A stretch of 64,000 nt of DNA, taken from positions 13,206,001 through 13,270,000 of the forward strand of contig OX597817.1 of the NCBI GenBank assembly GCA_951406725.2, read 5' to 3'. Below, in pieces: positions 14,143-27,704 of this stretch. Both the position numbers and the translations under genes were made by a program. The stretch is from Octopus vulgaris. Lineage: Eukaryota. Numbering within the stretch: the stretch's first letter is position 1; the number at the start of each line of letters is the position of its first letter. The notes under the pieces are model-generated. The model did not search any database and had not been told where the DNA came from. It saw only the letters and a list, made by a program, of their open reading frames with translations.

Positions 14143-14289
14143 TTAAGCAGTTCTTTTTTTTCTTAACCGTTGTGTTTATGTTTCATGTATTTTGTCTTTT
14201 ATGGTTAATGTATTTGACTGAACTTAGCAGTGTGTATTTCATTGAATATATATATATATACATGAATGTTTGTTGTTTATGTTTTTTAG

Positions 14290-14434
14290 CCATGCTACAG
14301 ATGTCATGGAGACAACTGGCTGGAAGACACTCATACAGAGTCACCCCCATTTAATTGCAGATGCTTTTCGGGCACTTGCAAGTCAACAGTCACCACCATT
14401 GGGTCCACCACGTAAAAGAGTGAAGCAGTCGTAA
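14290..14434 (+). CDS. SPOP: SPOP terminal coding exon ([47 protein letters not shown])
   Basis: tttAG acceptor, phase matches previous exon, ends at TAA 14432-14434; C-terminal [12 protein letters not shown] resembles the SPOP C-terminus. Confidence 0.95.
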
Positions 14435-14747
14435 AATTCAGCTACATTAGATTCCTGCTCTTTCCTGCAGTTTATACTTCAACACTTACTCTTGACCTCA
14501 TGGAAGCCATTGTTTGCTAAATCTTTTTCCCTGTTCATCACAATTTCTTCAGAATTATTGAGCATTTATTACTGCTGTCTCCAAAATGAAGTCATCTTAT
14601 GATTTTATATTTTTGCTGCTACTTCATGGCCACCACTGTCTTATCAAAAATAACTGCCTTATTTTTAAAAGTCTGCAGCATTTCATCTTAAAATTTGTCA
14701 AATTGGATATCATGCAGTACAAAATAGGATTGTGATGTAACAGTTTG

Positions 14748-14753
14748 AATAAA
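14748..14753 (+). promoter_or_regulatory. candidate proximal polyadenylation signal of SPOP
   Basis: AATAAA ~310 nt after the stop codon; motif only. Confidence 0.3.
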
Positions 14754-15381
14754 AGCGCAGTTTTATGGTGAAAATGGATGAAAATCTGAGGAGTATCCTA
14801 TGGAAAAAGATGTGTCAACCTCACCAACCCAGTGTGAGTTGTCATTTTCATGGCCTCACTAAGTTTCTGCTCCTAGAAACGTTTTAAAGCACCAGATAGT
14901 CAAAGAGTAGAATTGGTATCTCTGATTTTTACAGAAGCGAGTACTCTTAACATTTCTACAAGAGTTTACTGGCTGTCGGAGGTCCTGTTTATATTGACTG
15001 TTGTTTCCACCAAGTCATTTATTTATTAAAAAAAAAAAAAGAAATAAAAAAATATATATAAATACATAGAGAAACACAGACAGACTGATATACACATACG
15101 TACACATGTACATACACCTGTTTAAAAAACCAAAAAAAAAACCCCAAAAAAAAAAAACAAAACAGCTCATGTCTGCCTTTTCCATCTTAACTTCAAAAGC
15201 TACACCTATTCAGTAGTTTCCGTACTGATTCCTTGTGAAAGCTAACCGGCAAAATGTCTTACCTTGTTGGAAAAGTTTGGCATGATAGCAGAACCATTAC
15301 ATTCTAGTGATATTTATGTAAGTAGTTCAATGAATGTTATGAAAGGAACATATTGTTTTCATAATTCATTTTTGATTATTG

Positions 15382-15387
15382 AATAAA
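15382..15387 (+). promoter_or_regulatory. candidate distal polyadenylation signal of SPOP
   Basis: AATAAA followed by G/T-rich sequence, near where repeat-free 3' sequence ends and microsatellites resume. Confidence 0.4.
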
Positions 15388-18387
15388 CATTCCTTGGTGG
15401 TACTATATTTCCTATATGTTCCTTTGTAATGCTAAAAATTCCTTAGTGAAAGTAGTTTTTACTTGCTCCGATTGGAGCGAGTAAGCACAACAATGCAAAC
15501 CAGAAATATATTGTTGCCTTTTCATTTTGTAAAATGTTAATACATAGGATGTGAATCTGCTTCTGTGTAAACGTGTGCATGCCTTTTTGTGTGTGTGTGT
15601 GTGTGTATTGATAGATGCATGAGAGTGTGTATGCATCGATGCATGAGAATGTGTATATGTAAAAAAATATATACACATACATGCACATATTTGAATAATA
15701 TATTTATGTTTGTTCACTTAAATTCTTCTCTCTCCATGCTACCATTGTGTTAGACAAAGAGGTATTTGAGGCAGGATTTTTACGACCATGTTCTCTCCCT
15801 GTCATTGTTTTTTGAAGTATGAAACTTCTTTTTTTTTTTTTTTTTTACCCATAGGAATTTGACAAACGTAGACAATCTCTTGATGGGAAATCTCAACATA
15901 TGTTGCTGGTAGTAACTCATCATAATTTGTAAACGTTCATACAAATGCACACACACACAAAAAGTGTCAGAGTGGGGTTACAGTAGAAGATGCTTTCTCA
16001 AGTTGCTATGTTTTGATATTGAAAGCACATAGACGAGAAGTGAGTTTCTTAACTCTGTAGCCATTTCTGCCTTTTAGTGTGTGTGTGTATGTATGTATCT
16101 ATCTATCTGTCTCTATCTACCAATGTGTCTATATGTATATATCTATCTGTCTGTCTCTCTCTATCTCTCTCTCTCTGTGCTGTGTATAAGTATACAATTT
16201 AACTTCCATGTTTACTCAGTGCAGATGAAAGCACATTGGGGAAGAGTTTCTACAGCCAGAGGCTCTGACAACAGCCTCACCATGTTTCCAAGTGAGGTTA
16301 CAATCTTGTATAATGAACAACAGCCTAGACATGCTTTTGCAGTGGAATGCAAGCGAAGGACATTGTATGAACAGTGAGTCAATCAGCAAAATGTGTGAAG
16401 ATAGACAAGATAGGAACTCACTTTCTCTTTCTCATGCACACACACACACAACGATCTAGTTTCTGTGTACCTTATTCACTCACGAGGCTTTGGTTGACCC
16501 GGTGTTGTACAAGATGATACTTGCCGAAGGTGATATGCGGTGGGCAAGTATCATCTACTACAGCTCCATACTGATCAAACATATATATACATACGTATGT
16601 ATGTATGTATGTGTGCGTGTATATGAAGTATATATACACGTGTATGTTAACGAAGTATAAATATATCCATATGTATACATATATCCATTTGTGTGTGTAT
16701 ATTATATATATGTATACATGTATATATTTATCCATAGTTATGTATGCACATACACATAAAATTATGATCACTAATTATATATACGTGTTTGCATGTGTGG
16801 GTATATATACATACTCACTTTTAGGTGCAGGCATGGTTATATGGTTAAGTTTGTTTCTCAGCAGTGTGTCTTCAGGTTCTGTCTCACTTCATGGCACCTT
16901 GGGGCAAACGTATTCTAATAGAGCTGCAAGCCAACCAATGCTTTATGAAGGAATTCGTTAGACGGAAACTCAAAAAAAAACCCCGTTTTGTGTGTATGTC
17001 TGTTTATGAATGTTTATAACTTACGCTGAGCTTCGGTTAAGTGACATCACTGTTTGTGGGTGGGTTGTACGCAATCACATTTGTTGATGTTTCCTGTCTG
17101 ATAGCTGATGTTTCCTGTCTGATCGTCTGATAGCTTTAAGATCTGGAATACCTCAAGTTAAAAATCCTTTACTTAAAAAAAACCCCAGGTAAATGTTAGC
17201 CACAGGAAGAGCATCTAGCTGTAAAAATATGGTCTCAATTACCTCACATCTGAACTATGGCTGGTATGGAGTGACAGGCGTTAGAAGCTGAACGTTCGCG
17301 TGCATCCGTATTTGGAACTCAACTGTAGAAGCATCAAGAACTATGTAATGTAAATAAGATTTTCGAATTCAGCTATAAATAACGGCTTATAAATCATTAA
17401 GTTAAAATTCCCTTCCAATGGAAAAAAAAAAAAGAAAAGAAAAAAAGGCGGAAAGCTGATTGCATGGCTCGAGCCATGCATTTTCCCATCCAACAGGATT
17501 CACCAGCAGCTTCATCATTTACTGTCCACTTTTCCGCGACTGCATGGGTCGGACGGAATTTGTTGAAGCAGTTTTGTTGCAGCCGGATGCCCTTCCTGTC
17601 GCCAATCGTCACTTGTTATTTATTGCTGGATTCGCTTCGGGACACATCATTATTAATAAAGACTCATTTACATATGTGTGTGTATGTATATCTGTATATA
17701 GTAATGTAAATATACATGTGTGTACATATATACAGTTTATTTATTTATTGTTTTAAACAACGCATTCCTACTACGTTAATCTGGGACAAAATATCAGGAA
17801 GTGTTCGATAAATAGCCAAGTTAAAATATTTAAAGTTGGGACAATTATATATGAAGGAAGTAAACACAAATAGGGTTTAAAATTTACGACAGCTGTTTCG
17901 ATAGAATTTTAATGCATTTATAAGATTACATCACATATAATCCACCATCATCGTTGTCTTCTATAGATGCATTATTAAAATTCTACTGAAATAGCTGTAA
18001 TAAATTTTAAGCACCATTTCTGTTTGATTTTTATACCTGCCCTACACCAAACACTTAAAGGTAGGACTTATGGTTTAAATTAGATTTCGTATTTGCATTG
18101 CTACAGTAATCCTACCAACATTTGATTTCTTCAATGTGTACCTCGCTGTTAGCTCTGTTTCTAGCGTCCTACGTGTTGATGTGCCTAGATCATACGATCT
18201 CACCAACTTTCGATTTCGGATAGAGCAAGCTATCTCTTTCGGGTTACCAATATCATGTTACGATGAATAGGAGGGCTATAGAGTTTGCAGAGATGCTGTA
18301 GCTTGTAGTCGCCTCCATATTCACGCGTAATAAACATAGGTACAATTTCTTGTGGGTGAGTAGAGTAGGCAATATGTTTATTAATAA

Positions 18388-18773
18388 CTAGCAGTATCGC
18401 CCGGCGTTGCTCGGGTTTGTTTCGACCCTTTCGAATTGGAATTTTTGAAAAGTAAAAATTTTGCATTATGTAGCTTGTTATTTTCTTTAAGTGAACATTT
18501 TTCTGGTTGAAATACACCGAAAAATGGCGACGCAGCAGTAAAAAAATCGTAAAAAATAGGGATTTTCATAGGAAAAAAAAAGCACCTTTTTGATGTAAAT
18601 AATTTTTGGTGTTACCATGGTCCGATTTGAATTTTTTCTTCTACAGAAGGAAGAGGAAGCCTTCTTTTATCATACTTTCAATTTTGGTCAACCTGCGCCG
18701 CAGGGTCTCAGAGGAGATAGTGTTAGTTGAAGGCTACCAAACAACTTCAGCTTTATATATATATAGAGAGAGA
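18388..18773 (-). mobile_element. non-autonomous Helitron, second subfamily
   Basis: 5' TC, 3' hairpin cccgagcaacgccggg plus CTAG, A|T insertion; internal sequence differs from the main family. Confidence 0.75.
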
Positions 18774-19059
18774 TTGTAGTCATAGCATGTAGGATAATGA
18801 AGCTTAGCCTAGCCATGAGTAACACGTCAAGTTAATTCTGCATATACACTAAGCTGTAATGATAGCAAAGGATTGTTTCTATGGGGTACTTTAGTTTGGC
18901 TGAGTAATTCGGTAACGTATGATCCAATCTCGTTTATCATAGCTGATGAGGAAACCATATCTATTGAAGCTGATAGATATGAAGGCAAGGGAAATCCATT
19001 GAGCCATTAGGGATAGCCGCTGAGATGTAGATTTTAGGCCACTTGCATAATCATCAATA

Positions 19060-19444
19060 GGCGCAGGAGAGGCTGCTTGGTAAGTAGCTTGTTTACCAAC
19101 CACATGGTTCCGGGTTCAGTCCCACTGCGTGGCATCTTGGGCAAGTGTCTTCTACTATAGCCTCGGGCCGACCAAAGCCTTGTGAGTGGATTTGGTAGAC
19201 GGAAACTGAAAGAAGCCCGTCGTATATATGTATATACATATATATATGTGTTTGTTCCCCTAGCATTGCTTGACAACCGATGCTGGTGTGTTTATGTCCC
19301 CGTTACTTAGTGGTTCGGCAAAAGAGACCTATAGAATAAGTACTGGGCTTACAAAAGAATAAGTCCCGGGGTCGAGTTGCTCAATTAAAGGCGGTGCTCC
19401 AGCATGGCCGCAGTCAAATGACTGAAACGAGTAAAAGAGTAAGA
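19060..19444 (+). mobile_element. SINE family A
   Basis: full-length match to other copies. Confidence 0.9.
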
Positions 19445-19499
19445 ATACAGGCAGAACAATTGTTAACTGCTATAAGGGGATACTCTTGAAAGAATTAAC

Positions 19500-20820
19500 C
19501 ATTGACATCAGATTCGTAGTCAAGCTTATGAAAGTAACGGGAAAAATAGCCGAGAGAATTAGCTTTGGATACAATTTTCGTGTGTGATCTGATGGTGCCT
19601 TTGGTGCTCGTTTCAAACCAAGACAACTACGAAAGTTCTGAGCTGAGAATAAGCCACCACCTATCTTTCGAAGATTGGAAGGGCTTTGAGAAGTACCATT
19701 CTTTGAAGAGTGTTAATCATTAAGAAACCCCAGTGTTGATAAATAGTTTGTGAGATCAAATCCATGTACAGAAATGCTATCGGCGTCCAGTGAGGAATTT
19801 AGCTTGCAAGCAGGTGTCCACCTAGTCTTAGTTCTCGACCCGCTGCTGTTTATTATAGTTCTTTTGTCCGTAAGAGAGAAGTTTAAGACTGTCTTGAAAA
19901 GAAAATCAAAATATGAATGCAAAGCTTAAAATTGAAAGGTCCCGAAAGTAATTTTATTGAAGAAAATAATTCATTTGGGAAGGAAAGACTTGCAATCAAG
20001 GAAGTAAGTGGGGAGTGATTTTTGTGTATGCAAGAGAGGCTTAGGTAAAAGCTCTATTTCCTGAGCGAATTGTAAACAATGGCCCACAAAAACTGGAGTG
20101 GTGTTACTGGCAAGCTGAGAAAAAACGAAAAGCTTCATATGTAATAGATGCTCAGGAGTTAGCAAAAGAAGCGCTCATAAAATAAATCCTTTCAAATACT
20201 TAGAAAGCTGACTAGAAATAGCTGCTAGCCTCTTACCTGGGACCTAAAGGCGGGTGTTTCGAAGACTTAAAAGAATCAGTAAAAAAAAAAAACTTCTGCG
20301 AGCTATTAGATCTGGTGTAAGAAAAGGCTTCTCTCTCTCTCTCTGAATGAAGGGCAGATAGTACGATGCTTGTGCAAAGTCCGGTATTGCACAATAGCTG
20401 AACGCTAAGAGGAAACTCCGCTGGTAGTGAAACATCCGTGTACATGAACGGACACTCCGAGTGAGCAGAGAAAACGCCTGGGTATAAGAGGAATCAGATG
20501 TAGCTTGCAAGACATACCGCTTCACTGGTACGGACTTGTGATCTATAAGAGTAATTGGGTTAAGTAACTGAGCAATCCATGCGAGATAATTATGCCGAAG
20601 GGTAAGACATGCAGTGGCGGAAACTTACCTGAAAGGGCTGAACCTCACGAAAAAGTTGAAGATCACAATAGTGAGATGATGTACTAGAGGAGACTCTCCC
20701 AGGTGATATAGGTACATAAGAGCGAACATAAAATGATGATTAGACCTAGCGTGCGTGTAAACACATGAGTGGGAACTAGAAGGGAAAAAACAGAACTCAA
20801 CAATGAAAGTGGAGTTCAAG
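19500..20820 (-). mobile_element. heavily decayed non-LTR retrotransposon relic (tentative)
   Basis: scattered LINE-like peptide remnants on the minus strand (e.g. KLNSSLDAD, IVSKANSLGYFSR); many stops and frameshifts. Confidence 0.3.
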
Positions 20821-21100
20821 TCGTTACTTTGAGTTTTCCGATCTTCGGAAGTTTGTGATCAGTGGGAAAAAAAAAGTATGTAATCAATATTTAAATGTCG
20901 GAATACGTTTTGACTGAATGTAAAAAAAAAATGGTTGGATCTCTATGATGGTACGAACTAAAAATATAGAGGAAAAATTACATTGAGGTTACACTGCGGC
21001 GCATTTAACATCGTCTCGTGGCACACCAGTGTTCCGCGGCATACCGGTTACGGAGCACTGGTATAGGCCAATGGATTATGTGAATACGTAGTGAGAATAT

Positions 21101-21486
21101 AGTGGAGGCGCAATGGCCCAGTGGTTAGGGCAGCGGACTCGCGGTCGTAGGATCGCGGTTTCGATTCCCAGACCGGGCGTTGTGAGTGTTTATTGAGCGA
21201 AAACACCTAACAGCTCCACGAGGCTCCGGCAGGGGATGGTGGTGATCCCTGCTGTACTCTCACCACAACTTTCTCTCACCCTTACTTCCTGTTTCTGTTG
21301 TACCTGTATTTCAAAGGGCCGGCCTTGTCACTCTGTGTCACGCTGAATATCCCCGAGAACTACGTTAAGGGTGCACGTGTCTGTGGAGTGCTCAGCCACT
21401 TACACGTTAATTTCACGAGCAGGCTGTTCCGTTGATTCGGATCAACCGGAACCCTCGTCGTCGCAACCGACGGAGTGCTTCCATCC
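21101..21486 (+). mobile_element. SINE family D (tRNA-Arg-like head)
   Basis: A box tggcccagtgg, B-box-like ggtttcgattcc; 11-bp TSD agtgagaatat. Confidence 0.9.
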
Positions 21487-21919
21487 AGTGAGAATATGTC
21501 TTTCAAAAATCAGATATATTTGGACAGGTTTGTAAATGTCTTGTTCGAAATAGAAGAATGTCTAAGTTGGTAAAGATGAACGATGATCGCTTAATCCAAT
21601 ATAAAATTTTTATCTATAAATATTTAAGTATATTTTTTTGTGATTTCGTCTGACAGTAACCAGCAAACCGCCAGGACATTTGCAAGTAGTTGAAGAAGGC
21701 AAACTATTGCTAGAATCTTCTTTTCTTGATATTGCAATAGAGCTTCTGAAGTTTTTACTGGAAGCTAACCTTAATCGAGTCACTGGTTTAATGGAAAGAG
21801 TAGGGAACCGTTTAGCTATGTTTATTGATGCATTTAAATGTCATAGAATATTTCTTGGTATACTTGTATGCTTTGAGACATTAGATACAGGTAGGTATTG
21901 CATTTTCTCTGAGAAGCCA

Positions 21920-22315
21920 GGATTTTTTCGGTTTGAACGGCAGTTTTTTCTAGCGGTGTCATATGAAATTGTCACCCATAATTATGACCCTAGAATCGAT
22001 CAATTGCATTTCAATCTCTGTTAGGGGTGGGGGAAGGGTATCTTTTTTTCTTCACAAATGTAAATAAACCCAATCTGTTTCTTAAACGGGGGACATATTC
22101 ACACGGCACAGAATGCTTTTTAACTCAATAGACGTCACTGATTGGTTGAAATTGAAGAAAAAAACAACAACAAAATCTTACAAACTATAGAATTTTCTCA
22201 ATAAAGCCAAGAGAAAAAGATGTTTTATAAAGACATTCTACCAGTATACGAAGTTTAACATTTTTTAGTTACCTAGAAATTATGTTAAAAACTGCCGTTC
22301 AAACCGAAAAGATCC
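21920..22315. mobile_element. MITE with GG termini and 8-bp TSD (Merlin-like)
   Basis: ~28-bp TIR ggattttttcggtttgaacggcagtttt / aaaactgccgttcaaaccgaaaagatcc; TSD agaagcca; superfamily assignment is an inference. Confidence 0.85.
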
Positions 22316-22793
22316 AGAAGCCACTATTACGGAAAATGGCGTTGTAATAATGTAAGACATTGATAAATGCAGATTTATCTGAAGATAATGATACTCACCA
22401 ATATAAAGAACTAAATCACGTAAAATATCTGGCAGCGAGTGGAACTGTTCTAAAAATAATTTCTTCATGGGCGTCTGTGGTAAGGGCAGAATTTTTCTTG
22501 TGTTTACATTTAATGTCTAAAACAGTTAATTCTATTAAGATAGGCTTTCGCATTACTATGGGTACCTATGTCAATAATAATTTAATGAGGTGTTTTCTAA
22601 ATGTATCTAGTATATATATATCTGTTCATATTGTACGAGACTAAGAGTCCGTCTTTTCGGTAGGGACCCCAATATTACTGAAGGAAATATTACATGTAAA
22701 ACGCCTAAGATATGAATGTCTATGATTTCATGTAATTCAGCCCCATCGTATGCTTCCATATGAGACATGAAACAATTTGACTCAGCTAATACA

Positions 22794-22960
22794 CCTTCTG
22801 GGTATTAGCGCGCGTCTACGATTTAAAAAAAAATTTACCATCATTTTTCCGCATTTTTAATGCATTTTTTGCTGGGTTTATATAAAGGAAGTAACTCTCT
22901 AAAAATGCTTATATAGTTATTTCCCTTACAAACCCGAGCAACGCCGGGCGATACTGCTAG
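22794..22960 (+). mobile_element. Helitron 3' fragment
   Basis: same 3' hairpin and CTAG|T as 48843-49239. Confidence 0.8.
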
Positions 22961-23989
22961 TTCTTTTATAAACGTTAGTGATATTATTTTAGATAATAAG
23001 CAGCCTGTCATGTATACTAAAGAAATTTTTCTTATACGACGAACGTATATTTCCTGGGAAATAGGTAAATATATTAAGCTGTTGTGGATTTTCTGAAATA
23101 TGATCCATTTTATCAAGTAAAAAGTTACGCTTAAATAGTTTTGTTTTTGTTTGATGGGGGAAATTTTCGAGTTCCAAATCCGATTTTATCATCTGTATAA
23201 TGTCTGGGTATCTGTCTCCTTAGAGAATAAATCTCGTTCTTTACATATTATCTTCCTTTTTCTCGTTTAAACATTCCAGGCAGCAGCTTTTGATGGAATG
23301 GGGGATATTCTTAGTTGAGAAATTAAACGAGTACTATTTCGTTTGCCTAGTTTTTATCTCTGTATATGCTGAGCTACATTCGAAGGAGAAGCAGCCGACT
23401 TATGAAAAGCCCTGAGTCTGAAAATGAAGAAGAAAAAAGGAGATGCTCAGTATTGGATATAGAGGTACTAAGTATACTTGATGGAACCTGAAACTTCTCA
23501 AATCATTATTTCGAGTATCATGTTTCCGCACTCTGGACGATTGCAATCAATAGAACGAGAAATTATGCAGAAAATATTTAAAAGCCAAAATAGGTTGAAA
23601 TACGGGAAAAATATTGGATCTGACGGAAAAAATATAAACGTGATATGAAAAATCGGTAGCAAGAGGAGAGTTTTATATGGTTATAGAAAAGTCATGAGAG
23701 AAAATGCTATGTGGCTGGGTGGTAAGTTTGCTTCCCAACCACATGGTTCTGAGTTCAGTCCCACTGCGTGGCACCTTGGGCCCTTGGGCTAATGTCTTCT
23801 ACTATAGCTTCGGGCTAACCAAAGCCGTGTGAGTAAATTTGGTAGACGGAAAACTGAAAAGAGCTCGTCGTGTATATATATATGTATATATATATACATA
23901 TATATATATATATGTGTGTGTGTGTGCGTGTGAATGTCTTTGTGTCTGTGTTAAAAACTTAGCAGTTCGTTAAAAGAGACTGATACCGT

Positions 23990-24022
<33 letters not shown>

Positions 24023-24160
24023 TTTAAGAATACACACACGCACACATACAATACATATCTATCTTTCCTTCTGTCCGCAATCTCTATGTATGCATGTGTC
24101 TACACACACACAAGTGTGTATGAATGAAAGTGCAAATTATGAATTATAAGAGTTTATATA

Positions 24161-24525
24161 GTCACAGGCGTGGCTGTGTGGTAAGAAGCTTGCTTCCCAA
24201 CCACATGGTTCTGGGTTCAGTCTCACTGCGTGGCAGGTGTTTTCTACTATATCCTCGGGCTGACCAAAGCCTTATGAGTGGGTTTGGTAGGTGGAAACTG
24301 AAAGAAGTCCGTCGTGTATATATATATGTATATATATTTATGTGTGTATTTGTTCCCCTACCACCACTTAACAACCGATGTTAGTGTGGTTATATCCCCG
24401 AAACTTAGCGGTTCGGCAAAAGAGAACGACAAAATAAATACTAAGCTTACAAAGAATAAGTCCTGGGGTTGATTTTTTCGACTAAAGGCGGTGCTCCAGC
24501 ATGGCCGCAATCAAATGACTGAAAC

Positions 24526-24526
<1 letters not shown>
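24161..24526 (+). mobile_element. SINE family A
   Basis: head and tail match; another partial copy at ~23708-23990. Confidence 0.85.
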
Positions 24527-24571
<45 letters not shown>

Positions 24572-24727
24572 GTATGTGTATGTACATGTGTCTGTGGAAC
24601 TGTGTGTGTATTTTATGTGTGTTTGTTATATATGTGTGCTTATGGTATATGTATGTATAGACATTCATGCGTTTATATATGTGTGTAGGTGTGTGTGTAT
24701 GCTTATGTATTATGTCTGTTCCTGTAT

Positions 24728-25159
24728 TTGTTTCAGTCATTTGACTGTGGCCATGCTAGAGTACCGCCTTTTAGCCGAAGAAATCGACCCCAGGGCTTAT
24801 TCTTTGTACGTCCGGTACTTATTCTATCGGGTACTTTTGCTGAACCGCTAAGTTACGGAGACGTAAACACACCAACATCGGTTGTCAAGCGCTGGTGGTG
24901 GGGGACAAATATAGACTCAAAGACACATAAACACACAAATATATACATACACACGCATACATACATACATATACACACACACATACATACACATATGCAA
25001 CGGGCTTCTTTCAGTTTTCGTCTAAGACATACACTCACAAGCCTTTGATCGGCTCGAGGCTATAGTAGAAGACACTTACCCAAGGTGTCATGCAATGGGA
25101 ATGAACCCGGAACCATGTGGTTGGAAAGCAAGCTTCTTATCACACAGCTACGCCTCGCC
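24728..25159 (-). mobile_element. SINE family A
   Basis: reverse-complement match. Confidence 0.85.
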
Positions 25160-25187
25160 TATCTAAATGCATACATTATATAAAAAG

Positions 25188-25535
25188 AAGCCTCCCTTCG
25201 GTCATGAATGACCATGGGGTTGCAACTAGAAAATTTCCTTCCGAGGCACAAGTCTGGGAAAGATTGTTTGAGGCCAGCAGTTGCCCATGCATACCAGCTT
25301 CCCTTCTCCGTGCCACCGATGTTATCCAAAGGGAAAGGCAAAGGGGCCGATACAACTTGGCACTATTGACGTCGCAACTCATTTCTACAGCTGAGTGAAC
25401 TGGAGCAACGTGAAATAAGACACGTGAAAAGCAAGTGTCTTGCTCAAGAACACAACACACAATCCGGTCCGAGAATCAAACTCACTACCTCATGACGGTG
25501 AACTCGATGGTCTAACCACTGAGTCATGTGCATTC
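25188..25535 (-). mobile_element. SINE family E (core shared with family D', different tail)
   Basis: core caactcatttctacagctgagtgaactggagcaacgtgaaataa; second copy at 31170-31418. Confidence 0.8.
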
Positions 25536-25551
25536 ACACATGCATTATATA

Positions 25552-25623
<72 letters not shown>

Positions 25624-26028
25624 GGCGCAGGAGTGGCTGTGTGGTAAGTAGCTTGCTAACCAACCACATGGTTCCAGGTTCAGTCCCACTCCGTGGCATC
25701 TTGGGCAAGTGTCTTCTGCTATAGCCTCGGGCCGACCAAAGCCTTGAGAGTGGATTTGGTAGACGGAAACTGAAGAAGCCTGTCGTATATATGTATATAT
25801 ATATATGTATGTGTATATGTTTGTGTGTATGTGTTTGTCCCACTAGCATCGCTTGACAAACGATGCTGGTGTGTTCACGTCCCCATCACTTAGCGGTTCA
25901 GCAAAAAGAGTCCGATAGAATATGTACTGGGCTTACAAAGAATAAGTCCCGGGGTCGATTTGCTCGACTAAAGGCGGTACTCCAGCATGGCCACAGTCAA
26001 AAGACTGAAACAAGTAAAAGAGTAAAAG
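25624..26028 (+). mobile_element. SINE family A
   Basis: full-length match. Confidence 0.9.
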
Positions 26029-27039
26029 GGTATGTATATATATATATATATAAATAGATATACATACAGATATATGCATGCGCACATACACATATGCATA
26101 CTCAACTAAGTATACTTGCAAACGCACGTGTGTGTGTGAGAGAGAGAGAGATAGAGAGAGAGATGAAAGAGAGAGGGGAGAGAATGAGAAAGACAGCACT
26201 TATCGAGTAGAAAGGCGTTCTCGCCATCATCTTTTTCAGGTATGGTTGATGCTATGTAGTCTTCAGTTTTTTTTATGGCAGTGGTAATTCAATGGAGTTT
26301 GACTGATATTTCTACGTGCCGTCTCCACCATTGGCTAATCTATTTTTCTGTTATCATGCAAGATTTTGAGATAATTTTCTTTGTCAAAATACAAAACTAA
26401 TTTTCTTTGTCAATCTACAAAACTAAATATTCATTCTTTGTATACCTTTTCTCACGGTTAAATAACAACTTAATTGTGTGTGTATGTGCACAATAAAGTT
26501 TCCTGCTATATAATGAAACCAGTCTGAGCATGTTAACAAACGTCTGTTGATTGTTAAGTAAATCACTGTTACCTCACCACCCCAGAACAAAATCAGTGGG
26601 TATTTCTTCTTATAGAACATATATTCTGTAGAAATATCTCATCGCAATTATTTATTAATAAAGATATTATTAATAAAAACATACGAATAATTGGCATCAC
26701 ATATCATAAAGTGCACTGCTGAAAAGGAGTTGTTGGGTAATCGTGTTATTACTTGTAAACGTGCTAAAAACTATATTGTTTTCCACGCATGTGGTTGTTA
26801 ACAAATTAAGAAATTAAATATTGTTTTGCAACTACGTAGTTCAAAACGATCCTACTGCGCGGCATGTTGAGCAAGTGTTTTCTATCATAACCTCAAGTTG
26901 ATCAATTTTTTTTTTTTTAAAGGACCTTGATCAAGCATTTCTGTTGTACAGTGCACGTGTCAGAGATGGGGCAATTTGTATTCTCCGCTAAACTCGTGTA
27001 TTTGGTGTATGTTGATGTTAGATGCTGGAGTCTGCGATG

Positions 27040-27345
27040 TTTCTGGACAAAAATTTAGGGCAATTGAGTGGACGATTTTGTTGGTTCTTTTGCTAAAAAC
27101 TGGGTTGCACACGTGTCGTGTGGGAAAGAGCCTTTTAAGGCGTTTGTGGAATTATCGCGCTGCTGGGGTTGCAACTGAAATGCTTTAGGGTGGTTTGTAC
27201 CAGATAATTTTTCTATGACTGTTACGTTCAGCATTTTGCGTGGGTATCAGTTTATATTAACTTACGCTTAAAGCCACTTCCAGTTTGAATATAATTATAG
27301 TAGTGTGAAGAACTCTTAGAGTTTGCTTGTTAGCAAATAGGAGGG
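27040..27345 (-). mobile_element. Penelope-like element ORF relic (region C-terminal to RT)
   Basis: minus strand reads RKIIWYKPP*SISVATPAAR*FHKRLKRLFPTRHVCNPVFSKRTNKIVHS, resembling the PLE motif R.IIWFNPPYS..V.T...F...IF...T.K.SYS. Confidence 0.7.
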
Positions 27346-27661
27346 AGATTCGCAGGGAAAACCTTTATTCAATTCCTATATATACATTTATATTTAAATA
27401 CTTACCTCACCGTATCTATTTCACAACTCAGCTGTTCCTCGACGGTGACCTATAACAGATGAACTAATTTCAAACAGTAGTTTTTTTCTTTTTCTGCTCT
27501 TTACTCTTTCTTTTTCTGTCTCTATCACCATTCGTAGTTCCTTTCCTCTTGCCCTCCCATACCCATTTCCTTCATACGCTGACTTATTCCACTGTATAAT
27601 GATCAGCATCGAATAGTCTAACACTATTCTCCCTATCCTCTTTAACATCTAGAAAATATAT

Positions 27662-27704
27662 AAACTCTGATGATTTCGAAATTCGAAAGAAACATGCGTA
27701 GTTT
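27662..27704 (+). ncRNA. near-intact type I hammerhead ribozyme motif
   Basis: aaact CTGATGA tttcga-aat-tcgaaa GAAAC atgc GTA gttt; stem I register is off by one nucleotide. Confidence 0.6.

Noticed and set aside
18943-18960. CTGATGA-g-GAAAC hammerhead core
   Set aside because: No stem II or cleavage triplet; chance match
21103-21180. tRNA-Arg gene
   Set aside because: tRNA-like head continues into a SINE body with TSD and multiple copies; no proper acceptor stem
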